Shown here piece by piece: positions 25,345 to 37,539 of a stretch of DNA of 64,000 nucleotides. Source of the stretch: Octopus bimaculoides (Eukaryota); assembly GCF_001194135.2 (NCBI RefSeq), contig NC_068981.1:162967888-163031887 (forward strand), read 5' to 3'. A program made the translations under genes and the position numbers. The notes beneath the pieces are model-generated. The model did no database searches. It was not told the origin of the DNA and saw only the letters and a program-made list of their open reading frames with translations. Every line of letters begins with the position of its first letter. Position 1 is the stretch's first letter.

Positions 25345-25692
25345 TTGTGCGGGTGGCACATGAGATGCACCATTTTGAGCGTGGCCGTTGCCAGTACCGC
25401 CTGACTGGCTCCTGTAGGATTTTCGAGCGAGATCGTTGCCAGTGCCCCTGGACTGGCTTGTGCGGGTGGCACATAAAAGACACCATTTCGAGCGTGGCCG
25501 TTTTCGTGCGGGTGACACGTAAAAGCACCCACTACACTCTCTGAGTGGTTGGCGTTAGGAAGGGCATCCAGCTGTAGAAACTCTGCCAAATCAGACTGGA
25601 GCCTGGTGTTGCCATCCGGTTTCACCAGTCCTCAGTCAAATCGTCCAACCCATGCTAGCATGGAAAGCGGACGTTAAACGATGATGATGATC
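25345..25692 (+). mobile_element. Young RTE-tailed minisatellite element
   Basis: About 10 differences from the 22003-22298 copy over about 295 bp by eye. CpGs retained; ends (GAT)n; (TA)n at the 5' side. Confidence 0.85.
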
Positions 25693-28504
25693 CATAACAT
25701 AAAATTCAACAAAAAAAGTACTCCATCTGGTGAGAGACAAAGATTATTTATTTAAAGGTCACAGTACATGTGTTAAAGTGCTACTAGTAGTTTTGTATGT
25801 TGAGAGAACTTAAACATATTCTTCAGGAGCAAACCACATATCAGTTTCTTTAGTTCATTATGATATGTGGTTTGTGCCTGAAGAATATATTTGAATTCTC
25901 TCAACATATGAAACTATCAGTAGTGTTTTAATACATGTGTTGTGACCTTTAGATAAATAATACACACACACTCACATATATATACATATTCGTGCATGTA
26001 TATGTGTGTGCATGCGTACCCTTGTTTAAACATCATGTGATGATTGAAAAATGATCATCATCAAACAGTTAAGGCTGTATGTTTCTGTCTTCCATGAAAA
26101 ACATGTCTGGCTATAGAAAACTATTATCTTGCTTGGAAACAGATGAAGGTGGGCAGCAGGAAGGGCATCCAGCTATCGAGAATTCTGCCTCAACAAATTT
26201 TGTCTGATCCAAACAAGCATGGAAAAGTGGATGTTAGATGATCATGGTGACGATCCTATTAATTTGTGGTAAAAAAATTCATTGAATACAAAGTTTCATT
26301 CTAAAAGAAATCACTTTTGTAGTTTAGTCCCAGCTCAAATATATTGCAGTTGCAATGATATCTGTTTTTTAGGAATTTGTTGGACCACATTATTTAATAG
26401 GACTTTAATTTAATATAGCAGGGTATGATTTGAGGAGCATTTAGTAATTATTTTGATCAGGTTGAGCGACTATGTGGAAGATCCTTCATAATCATCAACT
26501 GCAAGCAAGTGAAGCAGATATGTGAACAAGATAACTACAACTATTTCTCCTAATTCTATAATCATGAAATATAATAATAAAATGTCTTGAGTTCCACACA
26601 CTACATAGATACCTATAAGCTGGCTACCATAATAAAAGTGTGTGCATGCTTTTGTGTGTGTGAATGTATGTGTAGATTTAATAATTTAATGATTCATTTA
26701 ACTAGCTTAAATGTTTACTATCTTATCTTGTTATGAGCTTTTGCTTACATTAAATAAGACAGGCTTTAATTAAATAAATGTCTGCAGGCCTTGAAGCACA
26801 GAAACTAAATGTTTAAAATGGTAAAAAAAATATTTTTTAAAAAAAAGCTGTAAAACTTAGCTTAAGCTAATATTTTTCTGCATTGTTTTATTATTTTGCT
26901 TATCTTTTGGCTGTTTAGTTTGCTTTAAATAAAAGTATTACATTGAATATAAAATTAATTTTACAATAAGACTAAGACAATATCGTTTATTGACAATACA
27001 GCTGAATGTAGACACTAATATGGCAAATGCCAACACTATCATAGCAATGTCTACAGAATATGAGAGAGTGTGAGTGAGTGAAAGAGTGGTGGGTAGCTCA
27101 TGGTAGATTAAGCTAGGAAAAGGATAACAATAATACATGGACAGCAAACAATGCGTGAGTAGTGCGTTATCTTTCAAGTAGTATCCACTGGAGTTTGCAG
27201 TAACAGCGACAGCTGCTGCATTGGCAACAAGCAGGAGAAAGAGTAAAGGAATAGTGACAGCATTTCAGCTAGATGTGTCACTGGAGAGTACATAGAGTCA
27301 CACTTAGTAAATACACAGCTGTCAACAGTCATGTGTGTGATAGATGAGAGAAACACAATAGGCACATGTGTCCAGGTATTGCAGTCAAAATGCAAAAGTT
27401 AAAGCTAATAAATTTAGAGGAAGGCTGCTATATGTTTCTATAACAATGACTACTGTTCATACCTTGGAGAAATGAATGCTCTAAATAAATGATTAAATAT
27501 CTTCTACCCACCTCTAAAGAGCACCAATCAAATCAAAGTAATTAACTACGAATGCATTCATAACTCCCCAGATATTTTTGCACTAGTCTTAATTATTTCT
27601 TTTAAGAGAAATTAAACAACACGTATACACAGTTGTTGTTAAGCTAAACAATAGTCAGGTAAAAATCTTTAACCTAGTTTTAATCCCCAGTTAGAAACCA
27701 TTCCACTTACATTAACTCCTCTAGCAAAGGCATGAATACCATCAAAACGACTACCTTTTCTTCATCCTACAAAATTTAACAGAGCTAATCCATCTGGCCA
27801 CCCACACAGCTTATTGATAGTTAATACAAATTCAAAATAATTAACCTTAAAAAAATGATACAGACATTTAATGTTAATCAGATTTATTTAAACTTTATTA
27901 GGAAATAATTTTATCAATGTTTTAAGATATTTTCTTATGGTATTTTCAAAATGTTTTTGTTTTTCAACTAATTAAAATATATAACATATCAGTTTTACAC
28001 CCTAATCAGATAATGGAAAAATTTTATTAATAAAATCATCATCATCCAACCTGCTGATAGTTATCTTAAAGTGCTCTAGTTTAGTACACACTAAGGCAAT
28101 ATTCTTTCGGGGAAACAGCTATAGTAAAACTGTATCCATTAGGAGACTTGAACATTTCATGTGACAAAACTGATGAGCATCAAATCAGCAGATGCCTGGT
28201 TCTAATTTAGTAGCTGTGACATTTTCACAACTCTTAGTGATTATACAAAAGTTAGATCAACAGACTCCAGTAACTTCTTTTTATGAATGTAAACCATACA
28301 GAAAAAGAGCGGGGAGGAGCAATTGAAAACAATGTACAGGAGTAAGCAATCAAGTAAGGTTAGTTTGGTGTATTTTCAAACACAGTTTATAAAGGAAAAT
28401 TTCTCCTGAGACAGTAACTGCAGTGAAGGACTCTACAGCTATAAATAACAGCATGCAGAATATTGGGTTAAAAAAATACCCCTGGGTGGAGAAAAATTGA
28501 AGAT

Positions 28505-28566
28505 TGCCCATGGGACATGAACCCACATTTTCTGTGAACATGACATATGTGCTACCATTACACCAA
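28505..28566 (-). mobile_element. Decayed tRNA-like head (SINE remnant or tRNA pseudogene)
   Basis: Reverse complement TGGTGTAATGGTAGCAC..GTGGGTTCATGTCCCAT has an A-box-like start and a T arm GTGGG/CCCAT. The anticodon arm does not fold. Confidence 0.35.
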
Positions 28567-29970
28567 AACAACACTTTGAATTTTTTTCCATTTGTTTTAG
28601 AAGCTTTCTTCCTACCAGTGAGAACTGTGTGTCATTTACATCATAAGGGTTTAGAAATTTTTCAAGATAAGAAAGAAAATAATTTTTAACAGTGGAACTC
28701 AAACTAGATAAAGCTACAAGTAACAGTATGCAGATTATTGTGTGAAAACCCTCACTTGAATGGAAAAGAATCAAAGACTTTCCATCCAAGGGGTTCTATA
28801 TGCAATCATTTATAACCTTAAGTTCTACTATTAAAAACAACTTATTTCATATCTCACAAAGTTTTAAAATTCTTCTGAAAATGCAGTTTTATTTTAATCA
28901 TCACTGCTTAGTGAGCCTTTAATTAAGTAATATGAACTTGACGAAGTTTAGCAAATATATCTGTTATTGGTTGCATATAAGAATGATAGTTCTTAGTGGG
29001 CTGGGCTGTAAACTATGGATTTGGTGCCTTTACCTGATGGGGTTACAGCCTTCCCACAGAAAACACAATCTTTCATAACCCAGCTTGGTGTGCTTTTCAC
29101 ATGGTCTATAACAGAGAATTTCTCCTCCAAGACAGTTACAGCAGTAAAGGTCTTTCTCTGTTTGAGTGTACATAAACATATTAAATATAAAATATACACA
29201 GCTTTATTTCAACTGTCACTGTTTGATGTTGCATGAGTATGTATATCTGTCAGCAAACATTAGCAAAAAAACAAAAAGAAACACTGCTTTAAGAAAAAAG
29301 CATACTAAGTGTTATATTTGTTGTATTGAGGTAAATAATTACTGGTTACACATACTGAAAGAAATGTTATTAACCAGTGACTGATCTGATGAAAACCTGT
29401 AGCCAACGATACTTTTTGGTTCATTAATTTCGACAAAGTAAATAAATAGGTTTTAACAACACTAGAACTGATATTTGTATGATTTAGCTGTGTAGTTAAA
29501 AAAATTGCTTTGCAGCCACATGATTTTGGGTTCAATCCCACCAAGCAGCATTTTGGGCAAGTGTCCTCTACTATAGTCCTGGGCTGACCAATGCCATGTG
29601 AATGAATTTGGTAGACAGAAAATATGTCAAAACCTGTCTGTATGTGTCTTTGTTCCACTTGACAACTAATGTTGGTTATTTTTTTTTTTTTCAGAGTGAC
29701 TGATAAATTCAGAGTTAAAAAATAAGTACAGAGGTTAATTTGCTCAACTAAAACCCTCCAAAGCAGTACCCCAGGGTCTTTTACTCTCAATGGCTCAGGT
29801 TACCTGTATGCTGTTATTATTTACCCACAGGTCAACCGTGAGGAAACAAAACTATGATCAGTGGAATTCTGTGATCATTTTTTTTTTTAGGATAGCATGG
29901 TGGGATTCAAGGAATAGATACTATTTCTAGCATGTCAAGTGATCACAAAGCGGTCTTCTTATTGGCTTAC

Positions 29971-30046
29971 CTTGCTGGAAGTTAATATCACAATTTGTGC
30001 AGCAAGAACCATATAGAATTGAAATGGAGACTTGCTTAAACCCGTC
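29971..30046 (-). CDS. Candidate 76-nt internal exon; coding status and parent gene uncertain
   Basis: Acceptor ttcttcacttcttcactttatatcaatag|G and donor AAG|gtaagc. Two frames are open (DGFKQVSISILYGSCCTNCDINFQQ or TGLSKSPFQFYMVLAAQIVILTSSK). No recognisable homology. Confidence 0.25.
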
Positions 30047-31088
30047 CTATTGATATAAAGTGAAGAAGTGAAGAAGGATTGTCTTTGCATTTTTAAATGA
30101 TACTTCTTTAGTGACTTACGAAATTCATTACATAAAAGTATGCATACATACAATACACAAATTACTTGCATATAATGTATAGTCCTGAATATGATTTTAC
30201 ACTGCATCTAGCAGTAGAGCTCTGATTTGGGAACCCCAGGGTTTTGAAGCGTATGGAACCACCTCTTAGTCAGTATTGCTCCCAGGCCTTCTATGACTCA
30301 GAGTAATAACACCTATCAGGGTCTCAGCTATGGGTTAATTAATTAGCATGTTATGAAAGAAACTCCAAGCACAAAACCTCACTGTCTTAAAGAAAAAGGT
30401 GAGTCAACATTGACAGCTAATCAGAGTGAATTCCCTCAGGTAGTCCAATGCCCTCTTTGACACCTTTCCAGTAATTCCCATGCAAGTGGAGCCCTCCAGC
30501 TCTCTAAGGCAATTCACTTAGAAAGCCACTCCATTGTAAAACCTACAACTTGCAAGTCATTACAGCTGTCTTAGCCCATTGAGCCACTGTGGTCAGATTT
30601 TCTACTCTAAAGAGTGGGATTGGATTGTAAGGACTGATTCTCACTATAAAACTAATAAGCGCAGGTGGGAAGGAAGGCCCTGCAGCATCAAAAATCAGTT
30701 TACATAACCACTAGTCCCACTATCATACTTTTACCTCTCAGTATCTGGTATAAAGCCACTTCCCTCAATACTACACTCACACTCAGCTGAGGGTTTTTGT
30801 CTTGTAGGTTACTTGGTGACCTAATTAGTGCTGGCAATAATGAAAAAAGAAAGAAAAATGCAACCAGTACACCCTGTAAAGTGGTTGGCACAAGGAAAGG
30901 CATCCTATCATAGAAACCATGCCAAAATAGACAATGGAGCTCAATACAGTTTTCTGTCTCATCAGTTCCTGCCAAACCATCAGCCCCTCCCAGCATGGAA
31001 CATGGATGTTAAACAATCATGAAGATACTGATGATTTTATATCTGGATTGTTTCTAAACAATCCCTTACAGGGATATTGCTTCCTCAA

Positions 31089-31135
<47 letters not shown>

Positions 31136-31812
31136 CTTATACAAGAATGTTGTTGATAGTGACTGTAAAGTTTTGGCCAGCTAAGCCAATGTCGAACTGC
31201 AGTACAATGACGCTTAGCTGGCTGAAACTTCGAAGCTACTGTCAGCATTCTTGAATAAGAATAAATTTGTACTTTACAAAAAGTACAGAGTAACCCTTCA
31301 GTTTAATGTAGAATTGTTCTTATTATAAGAGAACATAAAAACAAACAATATATATATAAATATATATATATATAGTACACACACATACATTCAAATACAC
31401 TGCAGATGTGCAGATGTGTTAACTATGTTCATTAAAACATGCTGAAACAGTACAAATATTTCAAGTACTCATTAAACACCAAACAAAGACAAATATAAGA
31501 CTGATAATTCACACAAATACAAGGTAGAAATGTGTTTTGTTGATGATGTGAGCATGCACACACACATACACACAGAAGTAAAGAATGAGAATGGTATTTT
31601 TCACAAATACATATTAAATCTTTCATGATCAGATTTCTAATGAAATATCATGTCTATATGTTTTAATTAATTTTGAAGTGAATCAAGAATTAAGAGAGAA
31701 TTAATAAAATAATTTTGTCATCATTATTAAGCTGATGTTTAGAACATAAAACATTTGTAATTTTTAAAAACAATTATGAAGGAAGATTGTAATTTAAATA
31801 CAAACATTGTAA

Positions 31813-32019
31813 CCCTTTAGCATTCAGATTATCAAATGTAATGTTTATTCACATTGTTTTGAATTAATCATGCATTATCTTGTAGCTTTGAGAGTTCAAT
31901 GATGAGATTACTTACAGAATGATATTGTAAGATAAGCATGAGAGGCCAGATCTGGCCAGTTTGAACATAAAACCAAGAGAATATTTGGGCCACATATGAC
32001 CAATTTAAATGCTAAGAGG
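31813..32019. mobile_element. About 207-bp MITE-like element with CCCTTTAGCATT termini (piggyBac-like ends)
   Basis: Left end (taa)ccctttagcatt, right end aatgctaagagg, a near-perfect inverted match. Target duplication degraded. Confidence 0.6.
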
Positions 32020-32745
32020 TATGAAATTATAGAACTAGAAAGTGGTTTCAATAAGAGAGAGGTCAAGTAAGTTGATCATATACACACACAAGATGAGAAT
32101 GATAATTCATAAATATATAGCAAGAAATGCATTCAGCATCATCATTTAATGTCCATTTTCCATGCTGGCATGGGTTGGATGGTTTGACTGGTAAGCTGCA
32201 CCAGGTTTCAATCTGGTTTGGCATGGTTTCTAACATGGAAATTGAGTAAAGATTGACAGCAACGGGGATGAAAACAATAAAAAGAAAAAGAAAAAAAAAG
32301 CCAGCAAATGTACAGAAAAGTTTTGTTTCAATAATTTTTTTTTATTTTGTAAGTTATGTGATAGATTTTCATTATTTCCCATAGCTTCTTGATTTCATTA
32401 CCATTATTATTATTCAGATGAGAGAGAGAGAGAGACAGGATAAATAAACTAGTGGATACAAAACGTGATAGGAAGTGAAGGAGGTTCTGGGTATAAGGAG
32501 GAAAGAAACTTTATATATATATATATATATATATTTGATCTTTTTCTCATTAGGCTGCAGCCACTCAGGGGAACCACATTTAAGAATCAACTGCAGTACT
32601 TTTTTCGTTTAAGCATGGTACTTACTCTATCAGTCACTTTTACTGAACTGCTAGATTACAGGGATGTAAACACACCAACAACAATTGTCAAATAGTGGAG
32701 ATGGTGGTGGGGGAAAACACATATGTGTGTATATATATATATGTA

Positions 32746-33587
32746 CAGGGTGCCGTGAATAAAATGCTGTGTAAATTACACAAGAATGAAAATAACGCTG
32801 ACATCTCATTTTAACAGCTATATTTACCAAAATTACATAAAAATATCTTGAAATGCTAAAGAGGAAATTTATTCAATAAAATCGCCATTGGCTTCAACCA
32901 TAGCTTCCAGACGACTTCAGAATCTCCTGCAACTCTTATGGACGGTCTCCTTGTTTAAGTTGGTGAATGCTGCCATAATCCTTGCTTTCAGTTCATCTTT
33001 GATTTTACAAGGGGTTTTGTTGGTCTCTCGCTCGACTGCACCCCACACATAATAATCAAGGGGATTGCAGTCTGGGGAGTTAGGTGGTCAGATGTTAGGG
33101 GTGATGTGGTTGTAGAAATTGTCTGACAACCATGACTGGAATCTCCTGCTTGTGTGGCATGGTGTAGAGTCCTGTTGCCAGACATAAGGTCCTCCACAGT
33201 CACCCTGTTGATCCAGGGCAGCACTACCTCCTCCAGGCACTTGATGTAGGCCCCTGTGTTGAGTGAGGTCATGTGGGAAGATGATCAGAGGCATAACACC
33301 ATGATGTTGTCTGGATGTTTGATTTTTATCACTCTTGGTACATGTCCTCAGATCGACACCCAAACACTCTGAAATGTTCATATTGGACCTTCTGGTGTGA
33401 ATGCCAAGCAATGCAGCATGTCGTTTTCAAATTTCTGACAAAGTGAATTGCATCACGGTGCTGTTTTTCTCACAAACAGTGCCCAATTGATCCTACAATA
33501 CTGTGTAGTCAACAAAATCAAAAACAAACAATATGCATGCGCAAAATTAAAAATATAAATTGGTGACAATTTACCAATCGCACCCTG
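32746..33587 (-). mobile_element. Internally deleted Tc1/mariner transposon, DD37D (maT) family
   Basis: TA|CAGGGTGC...GCACCCTG|TA ends. Minus strand reads PYVWQQDSTPCHTSRRFQSWLSDNFYNHITPNI*PPNSPDCNPLDYYVWGAVE, with 37 residues between the QD and PLD aspartates. One stop and frameshifts. Confidence 0.9.
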
Positions 33588-33739
33588 TATGCATGTGTGT
33601 GTGTGTGTGTGTGTCTATGTATATATATATATATAAAGGGCTTCTTTCAGCTTCCATCTATCAAATCTATTCACAAGGCTTTGGTTGGCCAAAGAACATA
33701 GATGCTAACCCAAGGAGCCATACAGTGGGACTGATCCTT

Positions 33740-34352
33740 TGGACACTAAACACTGTTTGCGAAAACCTGTTGAGGCAAATGAAATCGATCCAAATTCAAC
33801 GACTGGCACCCATGCCAACCTCTCCTTCTATGGACACTAAACTTGGCTTGTGAAGACCTGTTGGGGCAAGTGAAATCGAAATTGAACCAAATTCGATGAC
33901 TGGCACTTGTGCCAGTGGAGCGCTAAGAGCACTGTCCGAGCGTGATCATTGCCAGAGCAGCAGTCTGGCTTCTGTGCCAGTGGCACGTAAATAGCACCAT
34001 CTGAGTGTGACCGTTACCAGCATTGCCTTACTGGCACTTGTGCTGGTGGTACGTGAAAAAACATTTGAGCGAAGTTGTTGCCAGTGCCACTGGACTGGCT
34101 CCTGTGCAGGTGGCAGGTAAAAAACACCATTTTGTACGTGGCTGTTGCCAGTATGACCTGACTGGCCCTCGTGCCGGTGGCACGTAAAAGCACCCACTAC
34201 ACTCTCGGAGTGGTTGGCGTTAGGAAGGGCATCCAGCTGTAGAAACTCTGCCAGATCAGATTGGAGCCTGGTGCAGCCTTCTGGTTTGCCAGTTCTCAGT
34301 CAAATCGTCCAACCCATGCTAGCATGGAAGGCAGACGTTAAACGATGATGAT
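33740..34352 (+). mobile_element. Longest RTE-tailed minisatellite element in the window
   Basis: Two 5' units of about 90 bp (gacactaaac..ga.acctgttg.ggcaa.tgaaatcga), about 5 minisatellite units, then the shared tail and (GAT)n. Confidence 0.8.
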
Positions 34353-36441
34353 ATATACATACATACATACATACTTCATGTGTGTGTATATGTATATATG
34401 TGAATATATATATATATATAATAAACAACAAACTGCACATTATAATAAGAATGTATTGCAGTTGCATAGGTAAATTTGGGCATAGAATAAACTTGTCAGG
34501 TCTTAATAAAGTTTGGCAATATGTAAAAGAAACCAAAAACAACAAGCTGGCTAGAATATCTGCAAAGAAAAAAAAAATCTCTCCCACCATCACATTAAAA
34601 AAATGTGTGAGGTGTGAAAAAAAAAGATCCCATTTTCAAAGAAATACTCTTTCTCCATTTCTTCATATACCTGAAATGACTGAACTTACCTGTTTTCAGG
34701 ACATCTGAATTCATTTCATTTCAATGGATTTTATTAAACATGAACATTAATTGAAAAGAAAACAACAAACAAACCATTAATAACAAAAAGATGGTATATT
34801 AGATATTAAACTGATAATCTTTTTTATTTTTTTCATATATTATATTTTTTATTGTATATTATGTGTTCTTTTTTTTTTCTTTCATTTGCTGCTGGCTGGC
34901 CAATTCTTTGGAAATATATGCAGGTGGAAATGGAAGTGAACATTTTTTTAGTCACTGTGATGTAATCAATCTGGAAGCATTTCATTGGTAAATCTTTCTT
35001 CTTTCTTGAAATCTTCTTGAAATGATATCCAACAAGCTAAATAATGAAAATCTGGCAAGAAAGATCCTTGACAAAAAACAGGTACAAAAATAATATACCT
35101 GACTCTTGTCAGGTACATTATCTTTTTTTGAAAAAAAAAAAAGGTATATTTAAAATGACAAAAATTAAAAAGAAAAACAGTGAAGTACAAACAGACAAAG
35201 AAGAATGAAACAAAATAACTATATATTATAGTGTTGTGGTTGATAATTTAGCATTAATTAAAATGTAATACAGAAAACAAATAAATATAAAAAAAACATC
35301 CTGCTATTATCGAAATGTTTGGTTTTAACCCTTTTAGTGTGGAAATTAGATATATACGTTGTCCTTAACTGCAGAAAGCAGTTTTATATATCAATCTATC
35401 TTTTGTGGAAGAATGCCATGTTTAAAACACCTTTTTTGCTGAGGTATGTAAAATTTATTGAAGCCTGTGACTTGTAGAAAATACTGAAATAACTATGAAA
35501 TTTAATTTTGCAACTGAAGAGTTGAAGAGGCATTTTCCAACAGACATACATTATAGATACAAATAGCAGAATATGTACCTTTCAGAAAATAATAATTAGT
35601 ACTGTTGTTATATTACTGAAGATTGGGCTTTCAGATTTGCCTGCATTAAATAGACAAGGGATAAGTCATTCCTTGTAAAGATATTTCTTACATGCAGCAG
35701 AGAAAAATACATGATCCTTGAGCTGTTTGTTCATCCAGTAATGCCATTAAGACAAATAAATTAGCCTTTGGTTCATATATATATATATATATAAAAAAAA
35801 CAAAAAAACTTTGTCAGCCAACAAATCAACAAACTACTATGTAACCACACAAATTGTAAAAATAGCAGCCAAATCTCCATCTGATCACATTTACCAGCTT
35901 GAAAATGGAAAAGATACATCAAATATTGTAGTCTGTGATACACCTGAAAAAAAAAAAAGAAGCCGGATGGTTGTGTCTAGAATGCTTTCTGAGCAAAAGC
36001 CAGCTTGCTCAGGGTTGACTTGGAGGCTTAACAATTTGTCCACTGATATTCCTTCTAATTTGTAAAAAGAATTGTCCATTGCAATATATACATCTGGTCA
36101 TACTACATTACTTTAAAATGAATAGGGGACTGCTAACAACAGGTAAATATGGAGCATGCCTTTGGCAATTCTACCCAGTGCAGCAATGTTGCACAACCTT
36201 TTTTCAGAACAGGTCCACGTATCAAATATAAATTTACCTTTAACTGCAAAATGCAACACAAGCAGACATGATTATTTTAATTAAAGAAATTAACCAAACA
36301 GATGAGACTGTGTGGTAAGAAGTTTGTTTCCTAGTCACATAGATTTGGGTTCAGTTCCACTGTGTGGCACTTTGGGTAAGTGTCTTCTTTGTAACCTTGG
36401 GCAAGCCAAAGTTTGTGAGTGGATTTGTGAGATGGAAACTA

Positions 36442-37301
36442 TATGGTGGGTGGAAGGTAACTAGGCATTAGAAATTGCTTATAGAAATTTTAGTATCACT
36501 GAAGTCATGACAAAAAAACATTTTTTAAACAGACAACACTAATGGGGATTTCTTATTATTTATTTTCCAGATGACAAGTCACTTGATTGTTTGGGAGTGA
36601 GCAAAGATAGCAGCATGCTATGAAGTGTGGAATTCCATTGTTTTGGTTCAGAGATGGTAGCGTGCATGGAAAGGTAAGCATGCAACACTACATCCGGAGA
36701 CAATAAGAAGTTGTCATGCAAAGCTGATGACCACAGGCTCTGTGAACAATGCAAGAAATGGCTGGCTGTCCAACCACATCTTGATCAGCAGAGAATGTGG
36801 CAACAGTGCAGGAAATGTTTAATCACAGCCTGCAAAAATCAACACGTCAAGCAGCTTGGGAAAGTGGGCTAACGAGACACACAATATGAATGGTGTTGCA
36901 TAAAAAATTGAATTTTCGTCTGTGGAAATCCCATTACATATAAGAGCTAAGACTGAAGACTGTGATTGCAGAAGTCCAGATACCACTCTATGTGATTTTT
37001 ACCTGTGGAGTTACACAAAAGAGGAGGTGTACTAGACAAAACCTCGCACACTGGAGGACTTGGAGACATGGATTCAGGAAGTTCTCAATGATATCCCAGG
37101 TGGCATCCTTCAGAAGTTTGTTCCTTCCATCTCTGGCCATATGAGGGAACTGATGCCACCGGTGCTTGTGTTGAAATATGAAAATTTACTTGCATTTTCC
37201 CATGTAACAAAGAACATGTATCATTTGTTTCAATAAGTTTGTAAAAGGAATATGGATTTTATTACCAATTTTTAATGCCTACTTACTTTTCACCCACCCT
37301 G
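36442..37301 (+). mobile_element. Internally deleted Tc1/mariner element, rosa/Visitor (DD41D)-like
   Basis: 41-bp TIRs matching at 33/41, TA on both sides. N-terminal remnant KIAACYEVWNSIVLVQRW..TIRSCHAKLMTTGSV resembles the DUF4817-type HTH. C-terminal remnant RSPDTTLCDFYLWSYTKEEVY*TKPRTLEDL. The catalytic middle is missing, so the family is inferred rather than counted. Confidence 0.8.
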
Positions 37302-37539
37302 TATATATGTGTGTGTGCATCCCCACTGGACCATGTTATGTAACACTGCATTACAGGTTCTTCCGAGGACTTGACATGTTAAAATGGGTATGCTCATTCA
37401 GGTTAAATTTTTGTTTTTTCTTTCTGCACAACTTTCATAATTTTACAGATGCTTTTTAACTATAGAAATAACAAGTATAATAAATGTGTAATATATTATT
37501 AGGTGATATAAGAAACAAAAAAACTAATAATAATAATAA

